DNA of 62,897 nucleotides, the filler included, from Bigelowiella natans CCMP2755 (lineage: Eukaryota > Protista > Cercozoa): NCBI GenBank assembly GCA_000320545.1. It is 7 parts of 7 records of this genome, joined end to end, with 100 filler letters (N's around TTAATTAATTAA, not from the genome) between each part and the next. Parts side by side here need not be neighbours in the genome. Positions count along the whole stretch, not along the records: positions 22,830 to 40,020 come from ADNK01001537.1; positions 40,121 to 44,050 come from ADNK01000992.1; positions 44,151 to 50,539 come from ADNK01000853.1; 4 more parts are not named here. One strand, 5' to 3'. Position 1 is the stretch's first letter. Each line of letters begins with the position of its first letter. Below are positions 34,412-48,024 of the stretch, in pieces. The notes under the pieces are model-generated. The model was not told where the DNA came from. It searched no databases and saw only the letters and a list, made by a program, of their open reading frames with translations. The position numbers and the translations under genes are program-made.

Positions 34412-36044
34412 TTAAGAGAAATGCGAAATGTTAGTAGGTGGTGTGCTAATGTGCCTTGTAAATAGCCCTGATTTTATCTTTGTCATGTTTTTCTTGCACT
34501 AATTGTGTCTTGAACCACGCCCTGTTGTCGAGTAGCATCCCAATCTAATACGCACATTTTTAGTCAACCCAAGCGATAACAGCTCGGCAACAACAAAGCA
34601 ATTAACGGCGTCCGGAAGGGTATCTTTCCTTGTAGAATTCTCATCGGCAAATCGATGACTTATGACTCCAATGTTAATGTGTTCGAGGTTCACGATACAG
34701 AAACTGACATTCGTCGTTCTTCATATTTGAAGCTGTGCGTGCGATGCATGGAATTCCATCTCAAGCGCGCACATGACGACTTACTAGACCTGCTTGCTAG
34801 GATCTGGCTGCCTGGGAGCCCAATACTCGTAAATCAACGTGACCATGAGCTCCATCGTGCCTGCATGGGTTGTTGCCGTTGTTGTTGTTGAGACTTGAGT
34901 GCACCCCTCATGATGTGTGGTATGCTGTGCGTATGTAGTGTTTGTGTTTTTTACACCAAGAGATGTAAATGTCTATATTAGCCGACGTATTTCTGCTCTA
35001 TGCGGGTTTCTTCGTCCTTCTCCTAGACATCATCAATATCACTCGCAAACAAGACCTTGCAATCCAAGGGGCCAGCCCTCTGGAGGAGTCAGCTTGATCA
35101 TCCTCTCTGCGAGCGGTTCAGCAACATTCTCTACCACGTGCGGAAAACCTAACACGAAATCGAACAAGGAAGCGGTGTGTGCAGTGGGGGGAAGGACACA
35201 AACTCCCGAGATTTAGTCGCGCCTTATGAAAATCAAGGGTATTTTTAGCTTCGATAAAAACTTAGAGCAGCGCCCTTTCATTTGGAACATATTTTGAAGT
35301 ACCCCAGTCGTGCAAGACTTGCTCACGAACCGACTTCGCCACCTATGTATTATTTGTACGAAAGACATTAGGTTGTCTAAGCAGAAAAGAACATGGAGTA
35401 TAATTGGCAAAGTCCGAGGACGCGAAAGCATAAGCAAAGGTGCGATAGTTGAACCATCGGCATCTTGAAAACCAGTCTTTGCCCTTTCTGTCTTTAGTTT
35501 GCACCATTCTGAGCCTACCTTGAGCCTTTCCTCGGGAACCCACACGGTCTCTTTCGTCGACTACACAAAAGGAGATGCATTTCTTAAACACAAGCAAACG
35601 CTGACTCGTCGGTGAAATTAGTCGAAGGAAGAGTCCCAGAGAGTATATGGTTATGCCACACACCTTGAGTCTAATTTTCACTTGGACCTTTCCATCGACA
35701 TTCCTGTCATCTTCAACAACAGCAGGCGCACCGTTCAGCCACACCTACAAGTATTGAGAAACGAAGCAAAGGAACAACATTGGGAAAGAAAAGTGCATGG
35801 GGAAGGAGAAAGGGTCAGTCTGGATGGAACAGGGACTCAAACATACAACGACCTTATCTGTTTGGTGCGCCGTAACGTATACAGAAACCTGTCGCTTCCT
35901 AAACTTTGGTACGAATTTGGGCATGTCTGAAGGTACTTCATCGCTGCTTTTCGGGCCTCCGACGATTTGACCCTCGGCATTCTCGGGAGGAGAAGTTTTG
36001 GCATCACTTCCGTGAGAGGTCGAAGCTCCATGTGTTCCCTCCAT
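29800..36044 (-). CDS. Calpain-family cysteine protease (CysPc, intact Cys/His/Asn triad)
   Basis: Spliced exons: DDIYQG|RIGDCWFLSSLS (Cys about 33331), NELWVSVIEKAYAKAHGGYKNIEGG, ALHELTGCPV, GLVEGHAY (His about 31327), LVKLRNPW|G (Asn about 31002), AWVGAFSDGS and WMPIEDMKEYFN. The 3' end is unresolved. Confidence 0.92.
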
Positions 36045-36680
36045 AGAATCTGAGAGGGTTAGTTACATGGACAAAGGTCAACGAAAATCACGCAAACAGG
36101 GTGAGTTTGCTGGACGAATACCTTCGTGATACTCGCGGGTGGCGGATAGGTACGCTCGGAGAGCAGACCCGATTTAGCCGATTGGACTTGGATGATATTT
36201 ACAATATTTTCTTTGTCTTAAGTCTGAATTCCTTTCGAAAATCCTCAACGTATAGTGAGATGGGATTCGGATTATGCGTCAATGTTTATTTCTTGTCGTA
36301 ATGAGTTTTTTTTTCATATTACAGGAGCATGGGACACCCAGACCAAAACGAAGTACCGGTACGCTTTTCAGGGACGAGCGACATGAAAGCATTGTAAAAA
36401 TGGTCGTATGTCCAGACTCTTTTTAGCAAGCAGTTCCTAATTAGCAAGATTTCTAATGTGAATCGAGCTCGTGGTGATTTTTATGCTTATGCAACGAAAT
36501 TGTGGGTCATTCTTGTGGGAATGGCATTGATTTCTGGTTCTCAGGCCTTTGATGAATTCCACAAAGAGCTTAATTTACGGCGAATCAAACACTTTTGTTG
36601 GCGTCTCCTTCCTCTCCCTCGTTGAACTCGAAAATAGATAGAATAAGAGGGATATAAGAGAGATAGAGAGGGAAGTAGCC

Positions 36681-38763
36681 ATGTCGATGAGCATCGACCA
36701 AGCGGTGGCAAACCTCAAAACGATGTTTCCTAATATCAATTCCGATGTCATTAAACTGGTGCTCGAGTCCAACGGTCGCTTTCCAAACATCTTGATACAG
36801 TGTTTCGAATAAGTGGTTTAGGTGGACGTTTACTATGCGTTCTTTCGTGATTTCTGTCGAAATAACTATGTTTTATTAGTTAAGGTATATTTTTGTAAGT
36901 ACTGCCGCCTCTCGCATTAATCTCATGAACTACCTACACCTGATAGTCTCCACACGTATAAGACATCTGCATCTTACCTTATTTCAATGAATAAATACAG
37001 CATTGAATGTTGACGCAACCGTGACGGCTCTATGCGGCATGAACGATTCGTCCACGAAGACCGTTCCGAAGATGAGACTTCCTCACCTATACGTGCGTGC
37101 TGTCTCCCGTTCCTCACTTCTCCCCTTGTGCTGATGCTGATATGGAATATAAAACTTTTGTTTCAGAGAAAGCTGGATGAATATAAACTAGAGATGAAAA
37201 ATGCTGCAGAAAGCCAGGTATGTTTTTGTAGAAGGTAGCGTTATTCACATACATCTTTCACATATGGATGCGTATGTCTGTATGTGAGTGAGTGAGCGAG
37301 TGTGTGTATGTGTGTGTGTGGTGTAGTCGGGGGCTGGGATTTGTATGGCTGGGATTATCGCGAGCATCCTCTTAAATAGTATATCACTGTTGATGATTTT
37401 TTTCACTAAAAGCTATGAGAGCGCTCGTTTCTTGCACATAGTAATATTTACTAAAAGGACTTCCACACGGCTGCCAAGCGCAAGGACCAAATTAAAGCTG
37501 TGGAGGCGGCGATCAAAGAAGATCGAGAACTTGGTCACACGGTGAGTTGCTGCTGTCTATTAGATTCCAAAGAAGATACACTGAAGCTAGAGGGATAGGC
37601 GGTAGTGATGAGGGCATTGACATTAAAAGATTAATGTTGTTATCATCTACTACCCTCGTTCTAGATGGAGGAACTGGACGCTAAAATATTCCTTGCTGAG
37701 GACGGAAAGGCGGGATTTGACTTCAAGTATCACAGGTAACTTCTGCATTTTGCTTAGTGATTAGAGAACTATTTTTGGCAGATATCTTTCGTCAGCAAGA
37801 TTACAGCTGCAAAGACCAAAAACTGCTGTGGCATGGCGATCTAATGTACTTACGTAGTACGAATTATCTACTACTCAGTGGCGGGTGGGACGTGACAAAG
37901 ATCTCAGAGAAACCTGGCCAGCCGAATCTTATTCCTGGCGATCGTATCGTTGCAGGTTGTCCCCCATCCCTAAATTGCTTCTGCTTTCTTCCTTTCTTGC
38001 TCTTTCATCACCCTCACACCCCTCTCTCTCGATTTCGAATATCCTCCTCCTCCTCTTCTCTCTCAGTCGGAAAAGCTAGTTTGAAAGGCATAAAATACGA
38101 CCAACAAAAGGGTATGGCAATCCAGCAGCCCTTAAATTGTTTATGCGTTTGCTTTCATTGCGAAAACCTTAATGGCACTTTTGAGCATCCAAATAATTAA
38201 ACATTTTAATATTTCGTATCTGTTCCTTCCCTGCTGCGTTCGTGGTATTCAATTTAACGGATTGCATGTTCTCTTCACCCCCTCCCGCCCGTTCCGTCCT
38301 CAGAGCTTTGGAAGAAATCTGCGGCTGAAGGGAGTTGCTTCGAGGCAACAATTGTGAGGGTATTACTATGTTGTGTTGTTATTCACGGCCACGCGACGTA
38401 CTTGCATGTGCTTTGACGTGCAAAAATGTAAGTGTGGATTGTATACGCACGCACGCCTCCTGTGAATGGAGGGCTTCGCCACGACGCTTCCTCACCAAAA
38501 ACCACTAATCTTCCACATTAGTTCACTGACCGCAACAACCTTGACGATAATGACGAGAGCAAAGAGAAGAAGGAGACGACGGGTGTGAACAACGACGGCA
38601 AGAACGCTGAGGCATCATCAGCCGCAACGAGGACGGAGGACGTAAAGGAGAAGAAGAAGCATCAGGCGAATAATCAAGGATCAGCTGGCGATACGTCAGC
38701 GCGAGAACGGAAGATGTAATATGTTCTGCTATTTGAGTATTTCTTCCATAATATCATCATTAT

Positions 38764-38799
<36 letters not shown>

Positions 38800-39951
38800 A
38801 ATCGTCATCATCAATCCGCAACGACTCAGGATCGTCGCCGAGCTTAACAAAGGCCGTGTCCCCGACAACTTCCTGCGCCCCCCCTCCTATTACACGGTTG
38901 ATAGTAGAATAGTCCCAGGAATATTGGCGGTGAACGAAACTGGGGTTAAAAATGAAGTATTTCTCCGTTCGAGGGGAGCTAAGGCGGGGGGGGGGGGGGG
39001 TAGAGCTGAAATCATGAAATCCTGATTGAAGTCTGCGGTAGGACCGATAGACTAGACTTAGCACATGTGTATTCCGGCACATATACGGTGCAATTCATCA
39101 TCTCATCCGCCATCGTCTACGCACAGGATGGTCGCAACGCCAATGCGCGGGTCCAGTCGCAGGAAGAAAAGGACGCTCAGCTGGCGAGGCTTCTGCAAGG
39201 TGTGGTGGTAGTGATGATTGGTTGTGTGCTGTCACTGGCTCCTGCTGCAACCATGACCACACACGAAACGATGTTTCAAAAATTCTGATGATGTATTATT
39301 ATATTGATGATGATGATGATGCTATTAGGCTGGTAGCAATGTTGGCGATATAATGATGATGGTGGTGGTGGTGATGAGATTGATCTTGCTGGTTTTGGTA
39401 GTCTCTGTTGTATTGAATTATGCGTGTTGTTGTACATGCCAGATGAGCTGTTCATGGAGGAACTTCGCAACAATCCTGACGCATATCTGGACCCCGCGCC
39501 TAGAAGAAGAAGAAGAAGAAACCAGGGACGGCCTAGGTATGAAGAAGAAAGAGCGAGGGTTTGAAAAAAGAAACACGATCAAAACTACCCTCTCTACAGA
39601 ATAAAACAGCTCGCCGAAGAGCGTGTGCGTGTGTGCGTGTAGTTTGGAAGTGACATCTCTTCTTCCTCCGTTCCCCCTCCCTTTCCCTTATCCCCCACAG
39701 CGGTCAGCGCGCAAGGACGCAAGCGTCTCTCTTCTCGGGAGGAAGAAGAAGAAGGTTCGAGTTGCATAGAATTGCCCATCGTTGCTGTTGAAATCACATA
39801 ATCTACAACACAACAACAACAACAACAACAACAACAATCACGTCTACTCCGCACCCGTCTCGCCCCCCCCCCCGACAGCAGCAATAATAACCGTGGTAGC
39901 GCTGCAAATGCTGAGCCTGCATCCCCTACCAGCTCAAATGGAGACATTTCC
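36681..39951 (+). CDS. CUE-domain protein with a UVR-like coil and PDZ-like domain (3' truncated at gap)
   Basis: MSIDQAVANLKTMFPNINSDVIKLVLESN...NVDATVTAL (CUE, MFP motif); DFHTAAKRKDQIKA; GFDFKY...WDVTKISEKPGQPNLIPGDRIVA|VG (PDZ-like); QEEKDAQLARLLQ|DELFMEELRNNP. Confidence 0.7.
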
Positions 39952-40159
39952 GGTATTCTATGACATGTTAATATAGTAAGAATAAGTTTGGGAAGGGCAG
40001 GGGTAACACGCCTATTTATTNNNNNNNNNNNNNNNNNNNNNNNNNNNNNNNNNNNNNNNNNNNNTTAATTAATTAANNNNNNNNNNNNNNNNNNNNNNNN
40101 NNNNNNNNNNNNNNNNNNNNCCCCCCCCCCCTCCCGTACCTCATCATCATCCCATGCAG

Positions 40160-40336
40160 GTGATCCAACGGCTGCTGGAGCATTGCTCAAGTGCCCAGAG
40201 AAACAGCATGCTCAAGGAAATCCTCGAGCAAACGCAGGGTTTGGCCAAGAATCAATACGGAAACTATGTGATCCAGCACGTCCTCATCCACGGAAGTGCC
40301 CGACATCGGTAGAGAACACATGTCTACTGCTACTGC

Positions 40337-40369
<33 letters not shown>

Positions 40370-41410
40370 GCGAGTGTATATGCATTGGGAGAGAGAATGT
40401 AGTAGATATATCTGCGGGTTTTTAAGAACACACACCGGCTCACACTCACACTCACACTCACACTCACACTCACACTCGCGCACAGCGCGCGCGCGCGCGA
40501 CCATATCTTCACCATTACATCCTCCCCTCCCCCTCCCCCTCCTCCTCTTCGTCCTCGTCCTTCTCCTCCGCAGGGCTGCGGTGATAAAGTCCTTCCAGGG
40601 CATCCTGCTGCCGCTCAGCAAGCACAAGTTCGCAAGCAACGTGATCGAGAAATGCGTGACCCATGCGACGAGGCAGGAAAGGCAGATGCTCATCGAAGAG
40701 ATCTTGGGCACGGACAGCAGGTAGTAGTAGTAGTAGCAGTAGCTGTAGTTGACGACGACGATGATAGTGGTGGTGCCGATCATGGGGGGTGAATATGTGA
40801 AAGAGAGGTTCAGAGATCTCTCACCCCCCACCCCCCCACCCCCCCCGCCCCTCCTCTCTCCGTTACTCTCTTCTCCCTTTTTTTGCTTCGACTTCTTCCG
40901 CAACTGATACTAAACACGAGAAAATACCCATACTTACACAGGAATGCCCTCAACCCGCCCTTGATGGGCATGGTGCGTGATCAATTCGCTAACTACGTCG
41001 TTCAGAGACTCATTGACGTCATGGACCCTGAGCAGCGGTATATCTACCTATCTTACGTCTTCGAGAAACACTCTGCCTTTTTCTTATTTTCATTTGTAAT
41101 GGAGTATTGACTGGCGCTGTTGATGACATTTTTGCTCCCCCCTCCCTCCTGCCCCCAGGCAATACTTGATACAGAGGATTGGTCGGCACTTGCCGAATTT
41201 ACGGAAGATTCCGTATGGAAAGCACATCGTGGCGAGAATAGAGAAGATCGCAGGTACGTGCATACAGTCGATATTCGCGGTGTCTTCTTCGAGTGGAGTG
41301 TGCCTTCGTCCTCTCCCCCCCCCCCCCTTTTCTATTCTTAATTCGTTTCGCCAACCTCTCCCCCCGACCTAACCCTACCGCCCATCGCGTCTTGCACAGG
41401 ATATATGTAG
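40160..41410 (+). CDS. PUM: Pumilio/PUF RNA-binding protein, last repeats (5' truncated)
   Basis: [48 protein letters not shown] and [16 protein letters not shown] are canonical repeats 5-8. Confidence 0.95.
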
Positions 41411-42721
41411 AGACCATGATGACATGTTAACGAGGCAGTGCGAGTGTTCGGCAGCAAGGGGGGAGGGGAGGGGGCACACTGAGACTAAGGAGGCCGGAGT
41501 GCTGCTCATTACCACCAGATGATGACGGTGGTATTCCTGTACAAAAACGTGGGTGTAGAATAGCACGAACGCCCTGCTACTGCCATAGACTTTACATTTA
41601 GCAACACGTAGTTAATTGCGCAACGCTCTATCAGCGATGATTAGTAGATTAACATATTATATTTATCTATTTAATATGTAAGCATATATAGATACATAGA
41701 TAGCCATATAATGCACTTTTCTTGCAATGCGAGATTTCCGAACTCATTATTAGAATGACGACAGCCACGGCAGAGTCTCGTCAGGACTATAATTTAAGAT
41801 GGTAATAAAATTACAGGAAGGGGTTATGCTAGTGTGGTATGTCTCACACATGCATGTTGTTGTTGTTGTTGTTGTTGTTGTGCTGTGCGATGCTGCCGGG
41901 CGGCCCACGCTAGCACGCGCTACCTTAGCTTGAGCTGTGCCATCAAAATGTGCTTGCACATTTTTAGCTGTTGCGTCATGCGGTCGATGCGATTAAGCAC
42001 ACGTACCGTGTCGCCGTGCTAGACGCAACTCCGGCACTTCTAGAGACTTGTCGATGTCTCGAATGTCTGGGAGCTTGCATGCTTCTGAGCCGCGGCATGT
42101 GAGCACGTGCAGCATGCATTTGTTTTGCATTGCATTGGACTTGTCAAGCAGCTTGATTCGCTAACACATGTCACGTGAGCCAGCAAATGCTTGCCACTTG
42201 CCATGCACGCACAGAGCGCACATCACACGGCGTGCTGTGCAGTGCCAGATCTACACGCAGCTTCAGAACAAGCAGTCTTGTGTGGCTAGCTTGTGAACAA
42301 GCTCTTGAGCTTGCTAGCTTGTTTGCAGCAGGCTAGCAGGCCACAGGGCAAACTAGCAAAGAGCTCTAGACACACATGTGCGGAAAGGCGAGTTCGACGG
42401 ATCAACCCTAAATGTTCACCCGTGACGACGAAAAGGGGTTGTGAGGATCTACATGGGCTGATGCCATGATGCCCAAACTAATCTGACCCCACAGCCCACC
42501 GAAGCTAGAGCGCTGCGATGCAGACGCGAAGGTCGGAAAATTTTGCGGGCGTTTCTAGTTTTTTGCGTATTTAATCCATTGTCGTGAGGTGATTTCGCAG
42601 GGGATTCAACGATATTTTCTTCTCCTTGGTGCACACGTGCGCTGCCCCTGGCTGCCTACCTGCCCGCCCTTGGGCGACGAATAGCGATTAATCAGTAGTC
42701 GTTGGACGATCCTCTTCATCC

Positions 42722-43627
42722 ATGGCTTGGGCGTGGGGCTCTGTGGCCTTGGTTTTGGCCGGTCTTAGTGCCGTTGTTGTCATGATTCTTCTGATGGTGA
42801 GCACACCTTCGAGGGGCATCATAGGCGACGGCGGCCTGCCAGCGACGATTCGTGCGAGGGCCTACAGCACCCGAGCCAAAATTATGTCAGAAGACTTGCC
42901 CTTTTCTACCTCCCTATTCCTCGCTTTTTTCTCCCAATTGAATGCGATCCAGTAAATCTATAACTAAGCTCATGTTAGCTCTATCATGCACGTTGGCGGG
43001 TCGAACACCGCGTTCTTAACATTCGATTTTTATTCAAGGGATTTCCCTTACTCCCCCCCCCCCCCCCCCCCCTTTCCACCCATCCTTCCTAATCAGTGCC
43101 CCGAAACTTGATCGCCTCTCCAAGAGGATAACGCAGAGCCTCCTTAAAAAGGCAGACCAGCAGGTCATCGGCAGCGCGCATTTCCGTGGTCGTGTGTTTC
43201 ATTGCTGCTTCGAGCAACGAACTGACGACAGTGTACTCATCGATTTGTGTCTTGTAGGTTCTATCTGGCCAGGAATATGGCCTATCGATCTGCGTGTACT
43301 ATAGAGGTGACGGTTTGAGATGATCGCGTGTGAAAATGTGAATGTATTTGTATTTTTTTAATCGTTTGTGTGTGTATGTGAGTGAGAGAGAGAGGGAGAG
43401 AGAGAGAGAGACTTACATGTTACGCGCAATACACCGAAAGCCCATTCAAAGAAATGGTGAGAAAGCGATAAGTTATTTTGAAAAGCAGGCCAGGAAATTG
43501 CAAATGTATGCGCTGGGAAATACCGAAGCGTCGCAGGTGGTTAATTTTGGATGGAATAATAACTTATATGCAAGGATTCGTTTATCCCCCCCCCAGACAT
43601 TATTTTTACACACGGACGCACACACAT

Positions 43628-43673
<46 letters not shown>

Positions 43674-43969
43674 TATGCGCGATGTGTGTGAGTGTGTTTT
43701 ACCAACTGTATCAGCACTCAGATAGCATCGATTCTAGTATTGATCATATATACTCTTCTTCCACAACTTCCTACTACTACACGTACTAACACCCCCCCTC
43801 CCCCCCTCCCCCCCTCCCCCCCCCCACACAAACGATGATGACGATGATGATGTCATATTTAAAGGGTGGGGCAACGCATGGCGACCTGTAACCCCAAGCA
43901 CTCGATTCATGGGCTATTCGGTGTCAAAGGGTATTGCTGCCGCCACTTTCCTAGCGATGGCGGATGCTG
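42722..43969 (+). CDS. Beta-lactamase-family serine hydrolase with an N-terminal hydrophobic leader (3' truncated)
   Basis: GLSICVYYR followed by WRPVTPSTRFMGYSVSKGIAA (SxxK at 43918-43929). Leader: MAWAWGSVALVLAGLSAVVVMILLMV. Confidence 0.75.
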
Positions 43970-44172
43970 GTACTAATATCATCATCGTCATCATCAACAA
44001 TAATGATGATTGCTGATTGGTCGGAGTGGTGGCGGTGATGCTGATGATGCNNNNNNNNNNNNNNNNNNNNNNNNNNNNNNNNNNNNNNNNNNNNTTAATT
44101 AATTAANNNNNNNNNNNNNNNNNNNNNNNNNNNNNNNNNNNNNNNNNNNNATAAATAGTATATATATTTTCT

Positions 44173-44216
<44 letters not shown>

Positions 44217-44441
44217 GTATATATGTGTAAATTTACATTTATATACATTTTCATATTTATATATTCATTCTTTGAAACTGGTACGGAGGGCATCACTGTT
44301 TTTCCTACTACTGCTGCTGCTACTGCTACTGCTGCTGCTGCGGCTGCTGTCCTGAACGCCCTGCTCCACAAAGACGAAACACACAGAGCATTTTCTATGA
44401 CCGTTTCTTTCACACCGTCAATATTCCCTCCCATCCTTTAG

Positions 44442-45000
44442 GCGCGGCATGGGGCTTCAAGCTCGCCACGTTGGGCAAACTGAAGATGCTACGGAACAAT
44501 GATGGAAAGCACCATCTGCTGCACTTCATTGCTGACGCTGTACGCTCGCGGTTCAAAGACTCTCTCCGATTCCTCGAGGACCTCAAAGATGTGCGTGATC
44601 TATGCTAACGGGTGCTGCTGCTGCTCGTGTTAATCATACAATTACTCCTCCCCCTCCTACTCCGTACCTGTCACAGGTGGAAGCTGCCTCCCAGAAGGAC
44701 GCGCTGTGGCTGGCTTCCGAGGCGACCAAGCTGCAGTCAGGGGTGAGGAGGGTTGGCAATGAGGTCAAGAAGCAGCACTTCGCTGCCAACGATAAGTTTG
44801 TGCCCGTCATGAGCGAGTTCCACGGCAAGGCTCAGCCGAACACCCAAGCCCTTGTCGCGGAGAGCAAGAAGATAGCGGAGGCCACACGGCGGCTGTGCAA
44901 GGCGTACGGGGAGAAGAGCTCGGTGAAGCCGGGGGAGCTGCTAGCGAAGTTTGCCGTGTTCACGAGGGACTTTCGAGCGGTGAATATATAAATAAATAAA

Positions 45001-45043
<43 letters not shown>

Positions 45044-46149
45044 GTGTGTGTGTGTGTGTGTGTGTGTGTGATAATGAGCAAGAACTTGCGACTCACGCTC
45101 GTTATAATTCATTTCCTCTATTTCGTGCTACTGCGTAGGCCCTCTCTGCTATCGACAAGGAAGTTGCAGATAAAGCGGTTGGTTCGCCTCTATACCATTC
45201 ATTGGAACAGTATTCATCGAGCGTTGATGCGGAAACTTACGACTACTACTACTACTACTACTACCACTACCGCCACCACCAGCGAAAACATCGATGAATC
45301 TTGCTCACCAACATCTTTCGAGTGCGCGTATGTAATCGTGTCTGTTGGGATTTCCCCCCCCCCCTGTTATCGTATCAGGACCACGAGCGTCGGCAGAAAC
45401 TCCTCGCAGAACGGAAGGTACTGTGATTATGGAGGAAGAGGAGGAGGAGAGGATGGTGACATTGCTGCTGTCGTTGTGTACATGTGTATGTGAATATGTG
45501 TGTGTTTGTGGTGTACACACGCTTTGCAGCTGTTTCTGCATACGCACGTCGTCAACTTCTTTCTTCTATCCTTCTGCGTGTAGGAAAAACAGGCGTTGGA
45601 GAAGAAGAGGAGGGCTCGCGAGAGAGATAGGGACGCAAAGAAAACGGTACGTTTGTGTGTGTGCTATATGCATTATAGCGTAATTCTCGGCTTGTATGAA
45701 GGATACGGAGAAAATTGTGGTGGCTACATTGAATTCTTGCAATTGTTCGGTGCATTTAGCCCGCGTCTGCCAAATGTACGCTTCATTTGTTGATTGCTTT
45801 CTAGACAAAACGGGGCCTCAGTCCTATGGCCATCCGCAACAATGATATTGTCGATGCCGTCGTAAATGACCTCACCAAGTTCTCTGCCAAAGACATGCTA
45901 CGAAAGGTGAGTACTCACTGTTGTTGCCGGTTCAATGACTTGGAGGGAGCGCTTAATATTTTTGGGAAGGGACGGGGGGAGGGAGGGGCAGCGTTGTATG
46001 TGGTTTATGAGCTGGCTAGATTTGATTGCCATTCATTTCTGTAGTTTAAGAAAAAGCGAATGAAAAGCTCGATGCTGAAGAGCAATAATGCCCCATCGAA
46101 GAAAGCAGACCCCAGCAGACTCCAAGTGCCTATGAAGCAACGATGCTAG
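44442..46149 (+). CDS. Formin, C-terminal FH2 plus DAD-like tail (5' truncated)
   Basis: GAAWGFKLATLGKLKMLRNNDGKHHLLHFI, DKFVPVMSEF, AYGEKSSVKPGELLAKFAVFTRDF and DIVDAVVNDL. Stop at 46147-46149. Confidence 0.92.
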
Positions 46150-47147
46150 TATAATCCAGATAATAACATGCCAGCGTATGAGTTCAAGCGACAATCAACA
46201 TTTTTGCGCCTTCTCTGCCATATGGTAGTTGGATTCAGCGTAGATAACGATCATGTAATTCTAACAAGCACCGCAAACTGTTTTTGAACGGTATCAAGAT
46301 GAACAGTAAGCAGCACTGCTAGACTGTAATGTGACGAATGTACGCTCTAGATATATAGACATCGCGGAGTTTTTTGCATCGATCTTGTGCACGCGATCGA
46401 ATAGTCGACCTATCTAGCTATGTTGGCTAGCTCCTTTGTGTGTGTGCGTGTGGGATCGACAGAAATGCATGCACATCTAACAGATATCTGTCACGTCTAG
46501 CTAGCTAGATGGACGTGCATAAAGCTACATGCTAGCATAGCTAGATAGGCGGTCATGATGTTCCTTTAGATCTAGAAATTAGCTTTAAAAGTCTAAATGT
46601 GCAATGCAGAATGATCTCTACATCGTATCTAGCTAGATGGTGCCATCTAGCTGGCCATTGCTATACACATTTTCGCATTGCCACCATGATGAAGATCTAA
46701 AATGTTTCGGCGGCGCGCCTGCTAGCCTGCCTGCGTATCACGTACGCGAAGCTAGACAGCTAGACAGCTAGACAGGCTCAAGCTAACTAGCTAGCGGAGA
46801 TCTATTGCTAGATTGCTGCTAGCTAGCAAGGTGTAACAAGTATCTTGGTGAACAGCATTCATCATCTTGCTAGTATCCTTGGGAGCACATGGTCATCATC
46901 TACTGGTGACATTGATATATGTGCTTATCGCATGCTCATGCCGGTGCGATCCGGAATATTAGAAGCATCTGCCCTAGCTAGATCGCTCAACATACATACA
47001 GCTTTAGCTACTTGCTTGTACGTCTAGATGCAGCTTGTTAAAAACTGAGACTCGTACTTATTACGCTAAATGCAGCCATACATCTACTGTATCAGGCACG
47101 CCTATACGTGTACCTTGCATTGGTATATGGGCATATTCCTTTGGGTT

Positions 47148-47980
47148 TTATGCTGCGTTATTGAGTGCATCCCTCCCATCTATTTTGCCGTTTTCGTTCG
47201 TACGGTCAGTGGACGACTTACCCTCACCTTTCTCCTCCTCCTTGCCGTCATGGAGATTTCCCCTGGAGCTAACAATATTTATCGTCCCGTCCTTTTTTTT
47301 GCCGAAAATCCGTTCTAATGAAGATCAAAGGGGGGGCATAAATCAGCATTTTGACACGCTTGTTCGCTTGAACGTTGCGAATTAGGTGCATGATGAGAAG
47401 AAGACAGACGAAGAAAAAGACGAGAAGAAGTAAAAGGTGTGTGCACAGCAGTACCATGACGAGAAAAAGAAAAAGAAAGTCAGAGATAGGGGTATCGAAG
47501 ATGATATATTCATTTGTCAGGATTTCTTGACGATGCATTCAATAAGAATGCAAGAAAATACGAATTCGAGTTGCTATCATATGTACCGTAATGTTTCGTC
47601 TGCACGTACATCGGCTCAGTGTATGGTAGCCCATCCGCATAAAATGCTGGACAAAATAAGAAATCATCAAGATTCGATGATACTATGAGAGATATGACAC
47701 TGGTGCGATTTCAAGCTCCAACCAGTGACAGATGAAGGTAGGCCCTTGAAAATATCACATAATGCTAGAAAGATAAAATCTACCTTTCATGTACTCAGGG
47801 GCACTGCAGATGGAATACGTCGGAAAGTTCTCGGGGACTTTAACCAACTCCTCGAAGAAACTGAAAGAAATTAGAAAAATGAGAACTCCAAACATTCGGA
47901 CTGCCTTTTTGCTATGATTACACCATTTGCACACATACATGTGAATCACTCAGATGATCTACTAACAAGAGCCTATAAAA

Positions 47981-48024
<44 letters not shown>

